Assembly (NCBI RefSeq): GCF_022782405.1
Contig: NZ_JALFNK010000011.1
Direction: 5' to 3' (one strand)
Length of the DNA: 64,000 bases
From: Alistipes sp.
Lineage (GTDB): Bacteria > Bacteroidota > Bacteroidia > Bacteroidales > Rikenellaceae
Made by a program: the position numbers and the translations under genes. Numbering within the stretch: the first letter of the stretch is position 1; each line of letters begins with the position of its first letter. This document shows positions 9,518 through 17,997 of this stretch, one piece after another. The notes beneath the pieces were generated by a model that was not told where the DNA came from, did not search any database, and worked only from the letters and a program-made list of their open reading frames with translations.

Positions 9518-10477
9518 TCAGTGGTGAAGCGTTCCGGCATTGACCACGGGCTGTGCCGCCTCGTCGGCACAGAGCACAACGAGCAGGTTCGAAACCATCG
9601 CCGCCTTGCGCTCCTCGTCCAGCTCGACGACCTGCTCGTCGGAGAGGCGCTCCAGCGCCATGTGCACCATCGATACGGCTCCCTCGACGATCTTCTCGCG
9701 GGCGGCGATCACGGCGTCGGCCTGCTGGCGGCGCAGCATCACGGCAGCAATCTCCGGGGCATAGGCCAGGTAGTTGATTCGCGCCTCGACGACCTCGATT
9801 CCGGCCATCGCCAGACGCTCGTTCAGTTTCGTCTCGAGCTGCTCGTTGATCTCCTCGCTGTTCGAGCGCAGCGTCAGCGTCTCCTGCTTCGTGCCGTTGT
9901 CATCGTAGGCATAGCAGCCAGCCACCTGGCGCAGCGCCGCGTCGCTCTGCACGTTCACGAAGTTCTGCAGCACGTTCATGCGCGCCGAAGCCGAAACGCC
10001 CTGCCCGGGTGCGGCAGGCGCCGCGTCGATCTCGAAGACCGCCTTGTAGATGTCATCGCGCTTGATGCGCCATACGAGCACCAGACCGATCAGAATCGGG
10101 TTTCCCGTCTTGTCATTGACCTTGATCGGATCGACATTGAGGTTGCGCGCCCGCATCGAAATCGGCTTGGCCGACATGAAGGGATTGACCCACCAGAAGC
10201 CCGTCTCATAGAACGTGCCGCGGTAGTTGCCGAAGAAGACCATCACGCGCGCCTCGTTGGGTTCGAGCAGCATGAAGCCGCACAATCCGACCACCACGAC
10301 GGCAAGTCCCACGGAGCCCGTCATGACCATCCACACCCCGCCCGGCAGCGAAGCATCGGCCCGCATGGCTCCCAATACGATCAAAGCGATGAATCCGGCC
10401 AGCAGAAGCAGTTCACACGCCAGCGCCACGAATCCGTTGGCCTTCCAGCCACCATAGACGAAGTTTCGGTTCTCCAT
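9518..10477 (-). CDS. SPFH/band 7 domain membrane protein
   Basis: Two N-terminal TMs, GFWWVNPF, KVNDKTGNPI, LAYAPEIAAVMLRRQQA, AAMVSNLLVVLC. Confidence 0.92.
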   Translation of the reverse strand: MENRNFVYGGWKANGFVALACELLLLAGFIALIVLGAMRADASLPGGVWMVMTGSVGLAVVVVGLCGFMLLEPNEARVMVFFGNYRGTFYETGFWWVNPFMSAKPISMRARNLNVDPIKVNDKTGNPILIGLVLVWRIKRDDIYKAVFEIDAAPAAPGQGVSASARMNVLQNFVNVQSDAALRQVAGCYAYDDNGTKQETLTLRSNSEEINEQLETKLNERLAMAGIEVVEARINYLAYAPEIAAVMLRRQQADAVIAAREKIVEGAVSMVHMALERLSDEQVVELDEERKAAMVSNLLVVLCADEAAQPVVNAGTLHH

Positions 10478-10485
10478 ATTCGAAA

Positions 10486-10536
10486 TGATATTAATTTGAT
10501 ATCACAAATCTAACATATTTTCCGGGCTGTTCCAAA
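10486..10536 (-). promoter_or_regulatory. SPFH operon promoter (-7 TAGATTTG 10512-10505, -33 TTTG 10536-10533) with adjacent TGATAT repeat operator (10486-10504)
   Basis: Consensus boxes at 20 nt spacing; TGATATtaattTGATATCA immediately downstream of the -7 box. Confidence 0.6.
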
Positions 10537-10619
10537 TTTTCCGGTCATTTTCCCGCCTTTTTTCGAACGCCTTTGCCGGAAGGCTTTCCGAGCGGTCCCG
10601 AAGCGTCCGCATCGGGGCT

Positions 10620-10636
10620 CTGGCACAGTTCATGCA
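10620..10636 (+). promoter_or_regulatory. Candidate sigma54 -24/-12 promoter of gadB
   Basis: CTGGCACAGTTCATGCA vs consensus YTGGCACGRNNNTTGCW; exact GG-N10-GC spacing; no TAnnTTTG upstream of gadB. Confidence 0.55.
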
Positions 10637-10681
10637 ACCCGACAAGGCGGAATATACCACAATTTCTAAACCTGAAAACGT

Positions 10682-12097
10682 ATGGATCTTTTGAAACACC
10701 TGCACGAAGACACGCTGACCGATGTTTTCGGCACGCGGGAGATGCGTTCGCCGGCTCCCACGGAGTTCATTCCCAAAGGAAAGACGGCCCCCGAAGTGGC
10801 TTACCAGATGGTCAAGGACGAGACCTACCCCCAGACACAGCCGCGCCTGAACCTCGCCACGTTCGTTACGACCTACATGGACGACTACGCCACGCGGCTG
10901 ATGAACGAGGCGATCAATGTCAATTACATCGACGAGACGGAGTATCCGCGCGTGGCGGTCATGTGCGGACGCTGCATCAACATCATCGCCAACCTCTGGA
11001 ACACCCCCGAAAAGGCGGAATGGAAAACCGGCGCCGTCGGCATCGGCTCCTCGGAAGCCTGCATGCTGGGCGGCGTGGCCGCCTGGCTGCGCTGGCGCGC
11101 CAAGCGCAAGGCTGCCGGCAAACCATGCGACAAGCCCAACCTGGTGATGAGCGCCGCCTATCAGATCGTCTGGGAGAAATTCTGCCAACTCTGGCAGATC
11201 GAACTGCGCACCGTACCGCTCGACGAGAAACACCCGACACTCAATATCGAAGCCGCCCTCGGCCTCTGCGACGAAAACACGATCTGCATCGTACCGATCG
11301 CCGGCGTTACCTGGACCGGGCTCAACGATGACGTCGAGGCGCTCGACAAGGCGCTCGACGCCTACAACCGCAAGACAGGATACGACATTCCGATCCATGT
11401 AGATGCCGCCTCGGGCGGCTTCATCCTGCCGTTCCTCAATCCGGGCAAAAAGTGGGACTTCCGCCTGCGGTGGGTGCAGTCGATCTCCACGTCGGGCCAC
11501 AAGTTCGGACTGGTCTATCCGGGTCTGGGATGGGTCGTATGGAAAGACAAGAAGTACCTTCCCGAGGAGATGTCCTTCTCGGTCAATTACCTCGGAGCCA
11601 GCATCACGCAGGTGGGTCTGAACTTCTCGCGTCCGGCGGCGCAGATTCTCGGCCAGTACTACAACTTCATCCGCCTGGGATTCGAGGGATACCGGGAGAT
11701 TCAGCAGAACTCGATGGACATAGCCGCCTACTGCCACCGGGCCATCGGCGAGATGACCTGCTTCCGCGTTTTCGCCAAAGAGGTGGTCAATCCGCTCTTC
11801 ATCTGGTCGCTGGACCCCGCCTACGAGAAAAGAGCCAAATGGACGCTTTTCGACCTGCAGACCCGATTGCAGCAAAGCGGGTGGATGGTGCCGGCCTACA
11901 CGATGCCTGCGGCCATCGAGCAGACGATCGTCATGCGCATCGTCGTACGGCAGGGCATGTCGCGCGACATGGCCGACATGCTGCTGCAGGACATCTGCAA
12001 CGCCGTCGGGGAGTTCGAGACGCTCAAATACCCCACGCAGTCGCGTCTGAAGTACGAAAAGAGCGAAAAACAGAAGGGCAAGGTCTATACGCACTGA
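10682..12097 (+). CDS. gadB: Glutamate decarboxylase
   Basis: NLATFVTT, IDETEYP, IHVDAASGGF, STSGHKFGLVYPG (PLP lysine), VNYLG, WMVPAY. Confidence 0.96.
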   Translation: MDLLKHLHEDTLTDVFGTREMRSPAPTEFIPKGKTAPEVAYQMVKDETYPQTQPRLNLATFVTTYMDDYATRLMNEAINVNYIDETEYPRVAVMCGRCINIIANLWNTPEKAEWKTGAVGIGSSEACMLGGVAAWLRWRAKRKAAGKPCDKPNLVMSAAYQIVWEKFCQLWQIELRTVPLDEKHPTLNIEAALGLCDENTICIVPIAGVTWTGLNDDVEALDKALDAYNRKTGYDIPIHVDAASGGFILPFLNPGKKWDFRLRWVQSISTSGHKFGLVYPGLGWVVWKDKKYLPEEMSFSVNYLGASITQVGLNFSRPAAQILGQYYNFIRLGFEGYREIQQNSMDIAAYCHRAIGEMTCFRVFAKEVVNPLFIWSLDPAYEKRAKWTLFDLQTRLQQSGWMVPAYTMPAAIEQTIVMRIVVRQGMSRDMADMLLQDICNAVGEFETLKYPTQSRLKYEKSEKQKGKVYTH

Positions 12098-12172
12098 CGC
12101 CCTGTCCGACCGAAGCGCCGCAAAAAGGGTCGGATACGACACTTCGCGCGGGCTCCGGCGGCCGACATGACG

Positions 12173-12209
12173 AAAAGAGATGCACACTCGATGGGTGCAT
12201 CTCTTTTTT
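12173..12209 (+). terminator. Intrinsic terminator after gadB
   Basis: aaaagagatgcac/gtgcatctctttttt. Confidence 0.8.
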
Positions 12210-12327
12210 CTCGTCCGACCATCCGGACGTTTCCCCGGCCAAAGCAAACAGCATCCGCAACAGGCAGCCCTTGACCGAGCCGAAAAAAAAGCGTAACTTT
12301 ACTGCGTTTTACCGCGCAGTCCCCCGC

Positions 12328-13089
12328 ATGGAACATACATTCGACATCTTCCTGACCGTCATGGCGGTTCTGGCGCTCGTCGTCTTCATCGCCCTGCACT
12401 TCTTCGAGGCCGGATACGGCTACCTGTTCGACCGTCGTTACGGCCCGCCCGTGCCCAACCGCATCGGATGGGTCGTCATGGAATCCCCGGTATTCATTCT
12501 CATGTGCATACTCTGGGCAGCCTCGGACCGCATGCTGCAGGCCGCGCCGCTTACGCTCTTCCTGCTCTTCCAGGCGCACTACCTCCAGCGGGCCTTCATC
12601 TTCCCGCTGCTGATCCGCGGCAACTCGAAGATGCCCCTCGGCATCGTCCTCATGGGCATGCTCTTCAACACGCTCAACGCCCTGATGCAGGGCGGATGGA
12701 TCTTCTATGTCTCCCCGGCGAACTACTACGACGGATGGTTCGCAAAGCCCTACATTTACATAGGCGGCATGCTGTTCCTTGCCGGAATGGTCATCAACCT
12801 CCACTCGGACCACATCATCCGCCACCTCCGCCAACCCGGAGACACACGCCACTACATCCCCCGCGGCGGCATGTTCCGCTACGTCTCGTCGGCTAACTAC
12901 TTCGGAGAGCTGCTCGAATGGGTCGGCTTCGCCGTCGCCTCGTGGTCGTGGGCCGGAGCGGTCTTTGCCTGGTGGACCTTCGCCAACCTGGCGCCCCGCG
13001 CCGCCTCGTTGCGCCGCCGCTATGAACGGGAATTCGGCGAAGAGTTCATCCGCCTCAAACGCAAACGCATCATACCCTTCATCTACTGA
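12328..13089 (+). CDS. 3-oxo-5-alpha-steroid 4-dehydrogenase (steroid 5alpha-reductase family)
   Basis: GWVVMESP, HYLQRAFIFP, NLHSDHIIRHLR, YIPRGGMFRYVSSANYFGELLEW, ANLAPRA. Confidence 0.9.
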   Translation: MEHTFDIFLTVMAVLALVVFIALHFFEAGYGYLFDRRYGPPVPNRIGWVVMESPVFILMCILWAASDRMLQAAPLTLFLLFQAHYLQRAFIFPLLIRGNSKMPLGIVLMGMLFNTLNALMQGGWIFYVSPANYYDGWFAKPYIYIGGMLFLAGMVINLHSDHIIRHLRQPGDTRHYIPRGGMFRYVSSANYFGELLEWVGFAVASWSWAGAVFAWWTFANLAPRAASLRRRYEREFGEEFIRLKRKRIIPFIY

Positions 13090-13107
13090 AACCCCTGAAC
13101 CGCCACC

Positions 13108-14319
13108 ATGTCAAAACTCTTCACTCCCTATAAGCTGGGCCCCGTTACGCTGCGTAACCGCACGATCCGCTCCGCAGCGTTCGAATCCATGGGCAAGGAC
13201 TTCGGCCCTACCGAACAGCTCAAACAGTACCACGTCTCGGTGGCCCGCGGCGGCATCGGCATGACGACGCTCGCCTACGCCGCCGTATCGCGCAGCGGAC
13301 TGTCGTTCAACAAGCAGCTGTGGCTGCGGCCCCAGATCGTCCCGGGGCTGCGCGACATCACCGACGCCATACACCGCGAAGGGGCCGCCGCCGCGATCCA
13401 GATCGGCCACTGCGGCAACATGACCCACTACTCCACGGCCGGACAGATTCCGATCGGCGCTTCGTCGGGCTTCAACCTCTACGCCTACACGCCCGTGCGG
13501 GGCATGCGGCACAACGAGATCGAAGAGGTTGCCCGCGATTTCGGACGTGCCGTACGCACGGCACACGACGCCGGGTTCGATTCGGTGGAGGTGCACGCCG
13601 GGCACGGATACCTCATCTCGCAGTTCCTTTCGCCATACACGAACCGCCGCCGGGACGAATACGGCGGGTCGCTCGAGAACCGCATGCGCTTCATGCGCAT
13701 GTGTCTGGACGAGGCGGTCGGAGCTGCACGGGCCTGCGGCATGGCCATCACCGTCAAGCACAACATGTACGACGGTTTCAAGGGCGGCATCGAGATTCCC
13801 GAGAGCATCGAGATCGCCCGGGTCATCGAATCGTACGGCGTGGACGGCATCGTCCTCTCGGGCGGATTCGTCTCGAAGGCCCCGATGGCCGTCATGCGCG
13901 GACTGATCCCGATCTACACGATGAGCTACTACTCGCCATGGTGGCTCCGCTACTTCATCCGCTGGTGCGGACCCTTCATGATCAAGCAGTTCCCCTTCGA
14001 GGAGTGCTATTTCCTGGAAGATGCCAAAAAGTTCCGCGCCGCACTCAAGGGTCCGCTGATCTATGTCGGAGGTCTGGTGAGCCGCGAAGGCATCGACCGG
14101 GCGCTCGACGCCGGATTCGAACTGGTGCAGATGGCGCGGGCGCTGGTGAACGACCCGGCCTTCGTCGAGAAGCTCCGCACGGGCGACGAAACGACCCGCA
14201 GCGCCTGCGACCACCGCAACTACTGCATCGCCCGCATGTACTCCGTGGACATGAAGTGCTGCAAGGATTGCCCCGACCTGCCGCGGAAAATCGTCGAAGA
14301 GCTTAAGCGCCTGCCCTGA
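13108..14319 (+). CDS. NADH:flavin oxidoreductase (OYE family), candidate steroid 5beta-reductase
   Basis: ARGGIGM, IQIGHCG, EVHAGHGYLISQFLSP, RRDEYGGSLENRMR; Cys-rich C-terminus. Confidence 0.88.
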   Translation: MSKLFTPYKLGPVTLRNRTIRSAAFESMGKDFGPTEQLKQYHVSVARGGIGMTTLAYAAVSRSGLSFNKQLWLRPQIVPGLRDITDAIHREGAAAAIQIGHCGNMTHYSTAGQIPIGASSGFNLYAYTPVRGMRHNEIEEVARDFGRAVRTAHDAGFDSVEVHAGHGYLISQFLSPYTNRRRDEYGGSLENRMRFMRMCLDEAVGAARACGMAITVKHNMYDGFKGGIEIPESIEIARVIESYGVDGIVLSGGFVSKAPMAVMRGLIPIYTMSYYSPWWLRYFIRWCGPFMIKQFPFEECYFLEDAKKFRAALKGPLIYVGGLVSREGIDRALDAGFELVQMARALVNDPAFVEKLRTGDETTRSACDHRNYCIARMYSVDMKCCKDCPDLPRKIVEELKRLP

Positions 14320-15158
14320 TGAGTCTCCGAAAACATACGACATGCCGCAGGCGCGGCGCCGTACCACAAGGCACGGCATGGGCTCTCGTAACGGGTGCAG
14401 GATCGGGCATCGGGCGCTGCTATGCCCTCCGGCTGGCAGCCCTGGGATACAACCTTGTTCTGGCCGGCATCCGGCCCGAACCGCTCGAAACGGTCCGCAG
14501 GGAGATCGAGACGGCCACGCCCGGCACGCGGGTGCTGACATTCGGAATCGACCTGGCACGCATCGGCGCCGCAAAGGAGCTGTACGATTCCACCCGGCGT
14601 GAGGGGATCGACATCGACGTGCTGATCAACAATGCCGGGATCTTCTCCTTTTGCGACCTGCTCCGCACCCCTGCCGAGCGGATCGAGCGGATCATCCTCC
14701 TCCACGACCTGACCAACACGGAAATGTGCCGGCTCTATGCCGCGGACATGATACGGCGCGGCAAGGGCGGTCATATTCTCAACATGTCCTCCTATTCGTT
14801 GTGGATGCCCTTTCCGGGACTGTCGCTTTACAGCGCCTCGAAAGCCTACCTGCGCGCCTTCTCCGTAGCCTTCGCCAAGGAGGTCCGCGAGGCGGGAATC
14901 CGCGTTACCGCCGTATGCCCGGCCGGTGTGGCTACCGATCTCTATGGACTGACGCCCCGCTGGCAACGTATCGGGCTGCGCCTGGGCGTACTTATCTCGG
15001 CCGACACCTGCGCCCGTCGGGGACTGCGGGGGCTGTGGCGCGGGCGCCGCACCATCGTACCCGACTGGTGGAACCGCCTCTGGATCCCGCTGTGCAAGAT
15101 GCTGCCCATGGCGCTCATCGCTCCGCTGCGGCGTTTTACGATGCAATTCCAGAAATAG
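14319..15158 (+). CDS. SDR oxidoreductase, candidate 3beta-hydroxysteroid dehydrogenase
   Basis: TGAGSGIG, NNAG, YSASK; start overlaps the upstream stop. Confidence 0.85.
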   Translation: MSLRKHTTCRRRGAVPQGTAWALVTGAGSGIGRCYALRLAALGYNLVLAGIRPEPLETVRREIETATPGTRVLTFGIDLARIGAAKELYDSTRREGIDIDVLINNAGIFSFCDLLRTPAERIERIILLHDLTNTEMCRLYAADMIRRGKGGHILNMSSYSLWMPFPGLSLYSASKAYLRAFSVAFAKEVREAGIRVTAVCPAGVATDLYGLTPRWQRIGLRLGVLISADTCARRGLRGLWRGRRTIVPDWWNRLWIPLCKMLPMALIAPLRRFTMQFQK

Positions 15159-15244
15159 ATATTTCCCGGTCCGATCTTCCGCAACGGGATTTTTCGTATC
15201 TTTGTGCCGCCCGAAACGGGCCAGAACAAGAAGCAATCCATCCT

Positions 15245-15877
15245 ATGGAATCCATCAAAAACGTAGTATTCGATCTGGGCGGCGTACTGGTTCCGCTCGA
15301 CCTGAATCGCTGCATCGCAGCTTTCCGGCATCTCGGCATGGATGCCGTGGCCGAAATCATCAACCCCTGCTACCCCGCCGAGATGCTCGGACGCCTCGAA
15401 CACGGCGACATCACCTTTCACGAAACCTGCGACGCCATGCGCCAGCTTTCGAACCGGCCCGACATCACCGACGAGCAGATCGAATGGGCCTACGGCGAAT
15501 TTCTGAATCCCATACCGGTCAAACTGCTCCGGCAGATCGAGACCCTGCGCCGACGGGGAATCCGCACCTATGTACTCTCGAACAACAACCCCGCCTCGAT
15601 GAAATTCGTCGAAGAGATGTTCCGGGCCGACGGCCACGAGATGGAATACTATTTCGATGCGGTCTATCTCTCCTACCGGATGCATGAATTGAAACCTTCC
15701 GAGGCGATCTTCCGCAAGATGATCGATGCGAGCGGCATGATCCCCGAAGAGACCTTATTCATCGACGACGGACTGAAAAATATCGAAACGGCCCGCAGCC
15801 TCGGATTCGCCGTTTACATGCCTGTGTCCGGCGAGGATTTCGGGCACCTGCTCGAATCGGTGGCCGATCGGGAATAG
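15245..15877 (+). CDS. HAD-family phosphatase (YihX-like)
   Basis: FDLGGV motif I, LSNNN, KPSEAIF, FIDD; own TATCTTTG at 15198-15205. Confidence 0.88.
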   Translation: MESIKNVVFDLGGVLVPLDLNRCIAAFRHLGMDAVAEIINPCYPAEMLGRLEHGDITFHETCDAMRQLSNRPDITDEQIEWAYGEFLNPIPVKLLRQIETLRRRGIRTYVLSNNNPASMKFVEEMFRADGHEMEYYFDAVYLSYRMHELKPSEAIFRKMIDASGMIPEETLFIDDGLKNIETARSLGFAVYMPVSGEDFGHLLESVADRE

Positions 15878-15893
15878 CCAAGAAACGTATCAA

Positions 15894-15935
15894 GGGAAAA
15901 AAGCCTTTCAGTTCAAACTGAAAGGCTTTTTTCCC
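15894..15935. terminator. Bidirectional terminator between HAD gene and tRNA-Pro
   Basis: gggaaaaaagcctttcag/ctgaaaggcttttttccc. Confidence 0.85.
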
Positions 15936-15936
15936 T

Positions 15937-16014
15937 TGGTCGGGGTAACAGGATTCGAACCTGTGACCCCCTGCTCCCAAAGCAGGTGCGCTAACCGGAC
16001 TGCGCTACACCCCG
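15937..16014 (-). tRNA. tRNA-Pro (anticodon UGG), CCA encoded
   Basis: Reverse complement CGGGGTGTAGCGCAGTCCGGTTAGCGCACCTGCTTTGGGAGCAGGGGGTCACAGGTTCGAATCCTGTTACCCCGACCA folds as a cloverleaf. Confidence 0.96.
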
Positions 16015-16063
16015 AATCGTACTTTGCTTCGGACCGGAAACTCCGAAGGCCGGAAACTCGAAT

Positions 16064-16095
16064 AAAAAAAGCAGACCACCGAATGGGCGGTCTGC
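16064..16095 (-). terminator. Terminator-like hairpin between the two tRNA-Pro genes
   Basis: gcagacc/ggtctgc stem followed by T7 on the minus strand. Confidence 0.65.
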
Positions 16096-16102
16096 CGATC
16101 TG

Positions 16103-16177
16103 TCGGGGAGACTGGATTCGAACCAGCGACCTCCAACTCCCGAAGCTGGCGCGCTAACCGGACTGCGCTACACCCCG
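16103..16177 (-). tRNA. tRNA-Pro (anticodon CGG), CCA not encoded
   Basis: Reverse complement CGGGGTGTAGCGCAGTCCGGTTAGCGCGCCAGCTTCGGGAGTTGGAGGTCGCTGGTTCGAATCCAGTCTCCCCGA; promoter TATCTTTG at 16214-16207. Confidence 0.96.
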
Positions 16178-16279
16178 AACAGGGCCCTTATCGTTTTAAG
16201 AGCGCACAAAGATAAGTCTAAAATCCGAAAGGACAAAATAAATTCACAAAAAAATACCGGTTGCAAGAAGATGCCGACC

Positions 16280-17353
16280 TCATAACCGGTGATAATGGCA
16301 GCCGAGCAACATGCCCCGATCGTCGCGCAGGTGCATGCCGCCACCCTGGCAATAACGGAACATACGACAGTCTCCGCACATTCCCCGGCGCATCCATTCC
16401 CGGTCGCGGAAGGGTTGGAAACGGGTCTGCCACACCTCCCAGAAACGGTCGCGGTAGATATTTCCCTGATTGAAGTTGGCACGGATCGACGTGCAGCCCG
16501 AAATAGCCCCGTCCACCCGGACGGAGGCCACCGAGATTCCGGCGGCACATTGATAAAAATGATCGCGGACCTCGGCCTCGTAACCACCGAGAAAACCTTC
16601 GCAGGCATAGCTGGCATCGATACGCCCTTCACGGCGCGTACGTCGGATGAAATCGAGCAACGTCCGGAATTCGGCATCCGAAAGACGGAGTTTCGGCTCC
16701 TCCTTGGCACGCCCGGCCGGAAAAATGGAGAAAAGCCGCCAATGACGGACCCCTTCGGCGATGAGCATATCGCGAAAAGCCTCCAACTGCGGGACAAGGG
16801 AGGCCGTAACGCAGGTTACGATATCGAAGGAGAGCGACGGCTCGCGCACGACCATCCGCACGGCTTCGAGCGCCTGTTCATAGCTGCGCGGATTGCCTCG
16901 CAACCAGTTGTGCTCGGAAGCGAATCCGTCGAGGCTTACGGACAAACTTCGCAAGCCGGCCGCAAGCAGGCTGCGCAGCCGGTCCGGAGTCAGCGCCAGT
17001 CCGTTGGTAACCATCCCCCACGGATAACCGCGGCGGGAAATTTCCATTCCGGCCCGTTCGAGATCCGGGCGTACCAATGCCTCGCCGCCCGAGATGACGA
17101 CGAGCACCTGTGCCGGATCGACATGGGGCGTTACCTCCTCATCGAGAACGCGCAGGAAATCTTCCAAAGGCATGTCCGCCACCCCGGGATCCGTACGGCA
17201 GTCGCTGCCGCAGTGACGGCACGAGAGATTGCAACGCAGCGTACACTCCCAAAAGAGCGTATCGAGACGATGTTCGCGCACCCGCTCCCGATACAGGTCT
17301 GAAAAAAGATCGAGGGCCCATTTCTTGCGGAGCCCCAAACGCCGGCCGCGCAT
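16280..17353 (-). CDS. Radical SAM/SPASM enzyme, resembling the Bacteroidota rSAM/lipoprotein system (TIGR04133-like)
   Basis: LFWECTLRCNLSCRHC (CxxxCxxC), ISGGEAL, GMVTNG, SVSLDG; SPASM-type CAAG...GC...CGDCRMFRYC; 3 nt downstream of a small lipoprotein gene. Confidence 0.9.
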   Translation of the reverse strand: MRGRRLGLRKKWALDLFSDLYRERVREHRLDTLFWECTLRCNLSCRHCGSDCRTDPGVADMPLEDFLRVLDEEVTPHVDPAQVLVVISGGEALVRPDLERAGMEISRRGYPWGMVTNGLALTPDRLRSLLAAGLRSLSVSLDGFASEHNWLRGNPRSYEQALEAVRMVVREPSLSFDIVTCVTASLVPQLEAFRDMLIAEGVRHWRLFSIFPAGRAKEEPKLRLSDAEFRTLLDFIRRTRREGRIDASYACEGFLGGYEAEVRDHFYQCAAGISVASVRVDGAISGCTSIRANFNQGNIYRDRFWEVWQTRFQPFRDREWMRRGMCGDCRMFRYCQGGGMHLRDDRGMLLGCHYHRL

Positions 17354-17356
17354 GGA

Positions 17357-17641
17357 TCAGCGCTCCGCTTGCGGCGTTTCACCGCCGGTTTCCGAAGATT
17401 CCGGGACCGTTGGACTCTGCGAGCGTTCGACCTGCTCCATGGGACGCTTGTCCAACGGCGTCTGAGCTGGCGGACGCACACCGTACATGACAATGATCTG
17501 CGGACGTTCGCTGCCCTCCACGGCCGTAGAATCCGCGCGTTCCGCCCTTTCGGAGTTGCCTTTCGCGGTGTTTTTTACCGTGGAACACGCTGTCGAGAAC
17601 CCCAACAGTGCCAAAATCGCCCATTTGAACCGTTTGCTCAT
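17357..17641 (-). CDS. Small lipoprotein, putative rSAM substrate (MYG motif)
   Basis: Basic N-terminus, hydrophobic core, lipobox Cys19 (LLGFSTAC); polar low-complexity body with IIVMYGVRP; own TATCTTTG at 17672-17665. Confidence 0.75.
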   Translation of the reverse strand: MSKRFKWAILALLGFSTACSTVKNTAKGNSERAERADSTAVEGSERPQIIVMYGVRPPAQTPLDKRPMEQVERSQSPTVPESSETGGETPQAER

Positions 17642-17772
17642 GAATCGCTGCTATTAGTAGTCTACAAAGATAGCATTTTTCATGCTAATCCAAAAAAAAG
17701 ATCAAATCATTTTGAAAGTCAATGTTTTTTATATTACTTTGTAGAACCTAATAACATTTTAATTCATTTTTT

Positions 17773-17973
17773 ATGACAGGCAAAGTAAAATGGTTCGATA
17801 GCAAGAAAGGCTACGGATTCATTACGGCGGAGAACGGCAAGGAAATTTTCGTGCACTTCTCGGGAATTGCGAAGGAGGGTTTCAAGTCGCTCAACGAAGG
17901 TCAGACGGTCGAGTTCGAAATCGGCACGGGTGCCAAGGGAGAACAGGCCATTAACGTAACTGTAGTTGAGTAA
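17773..17973 (+). CDS. Cold-shock domain protein
   Basis: [15 protein letters not shown] (RNP1) and IFVHFS (RNP2). Confidence 0.95.
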   Translation: MTGKVKWFDSKKGYGFITAENGKEIFVHFSGIAKEGFKSLNEGQTVEFEIGTGAKGEQAINVTVVE

Positions 17974-17997
17974 ACTATAATTACCGGTTATTTTATT

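Noticed and set aside
10517-10555. Three ATTTTCC(G/C)G repeats upstream of gadB as an enhancer site
   Set aside because: TTTTCCGG-like words are common in intergenic DNA here and one copy overlaps the SPFH -33; too weak alone.
15937-17700. tRNA-Pro as an integration site for the rSAM/lipoprotein pair
   Set aside because: The pair lies on the 5' side of the tRNAs; no integrase and no duplicated tRNA 3' end seen. The two tRNAs are complete genes with different anticodons.
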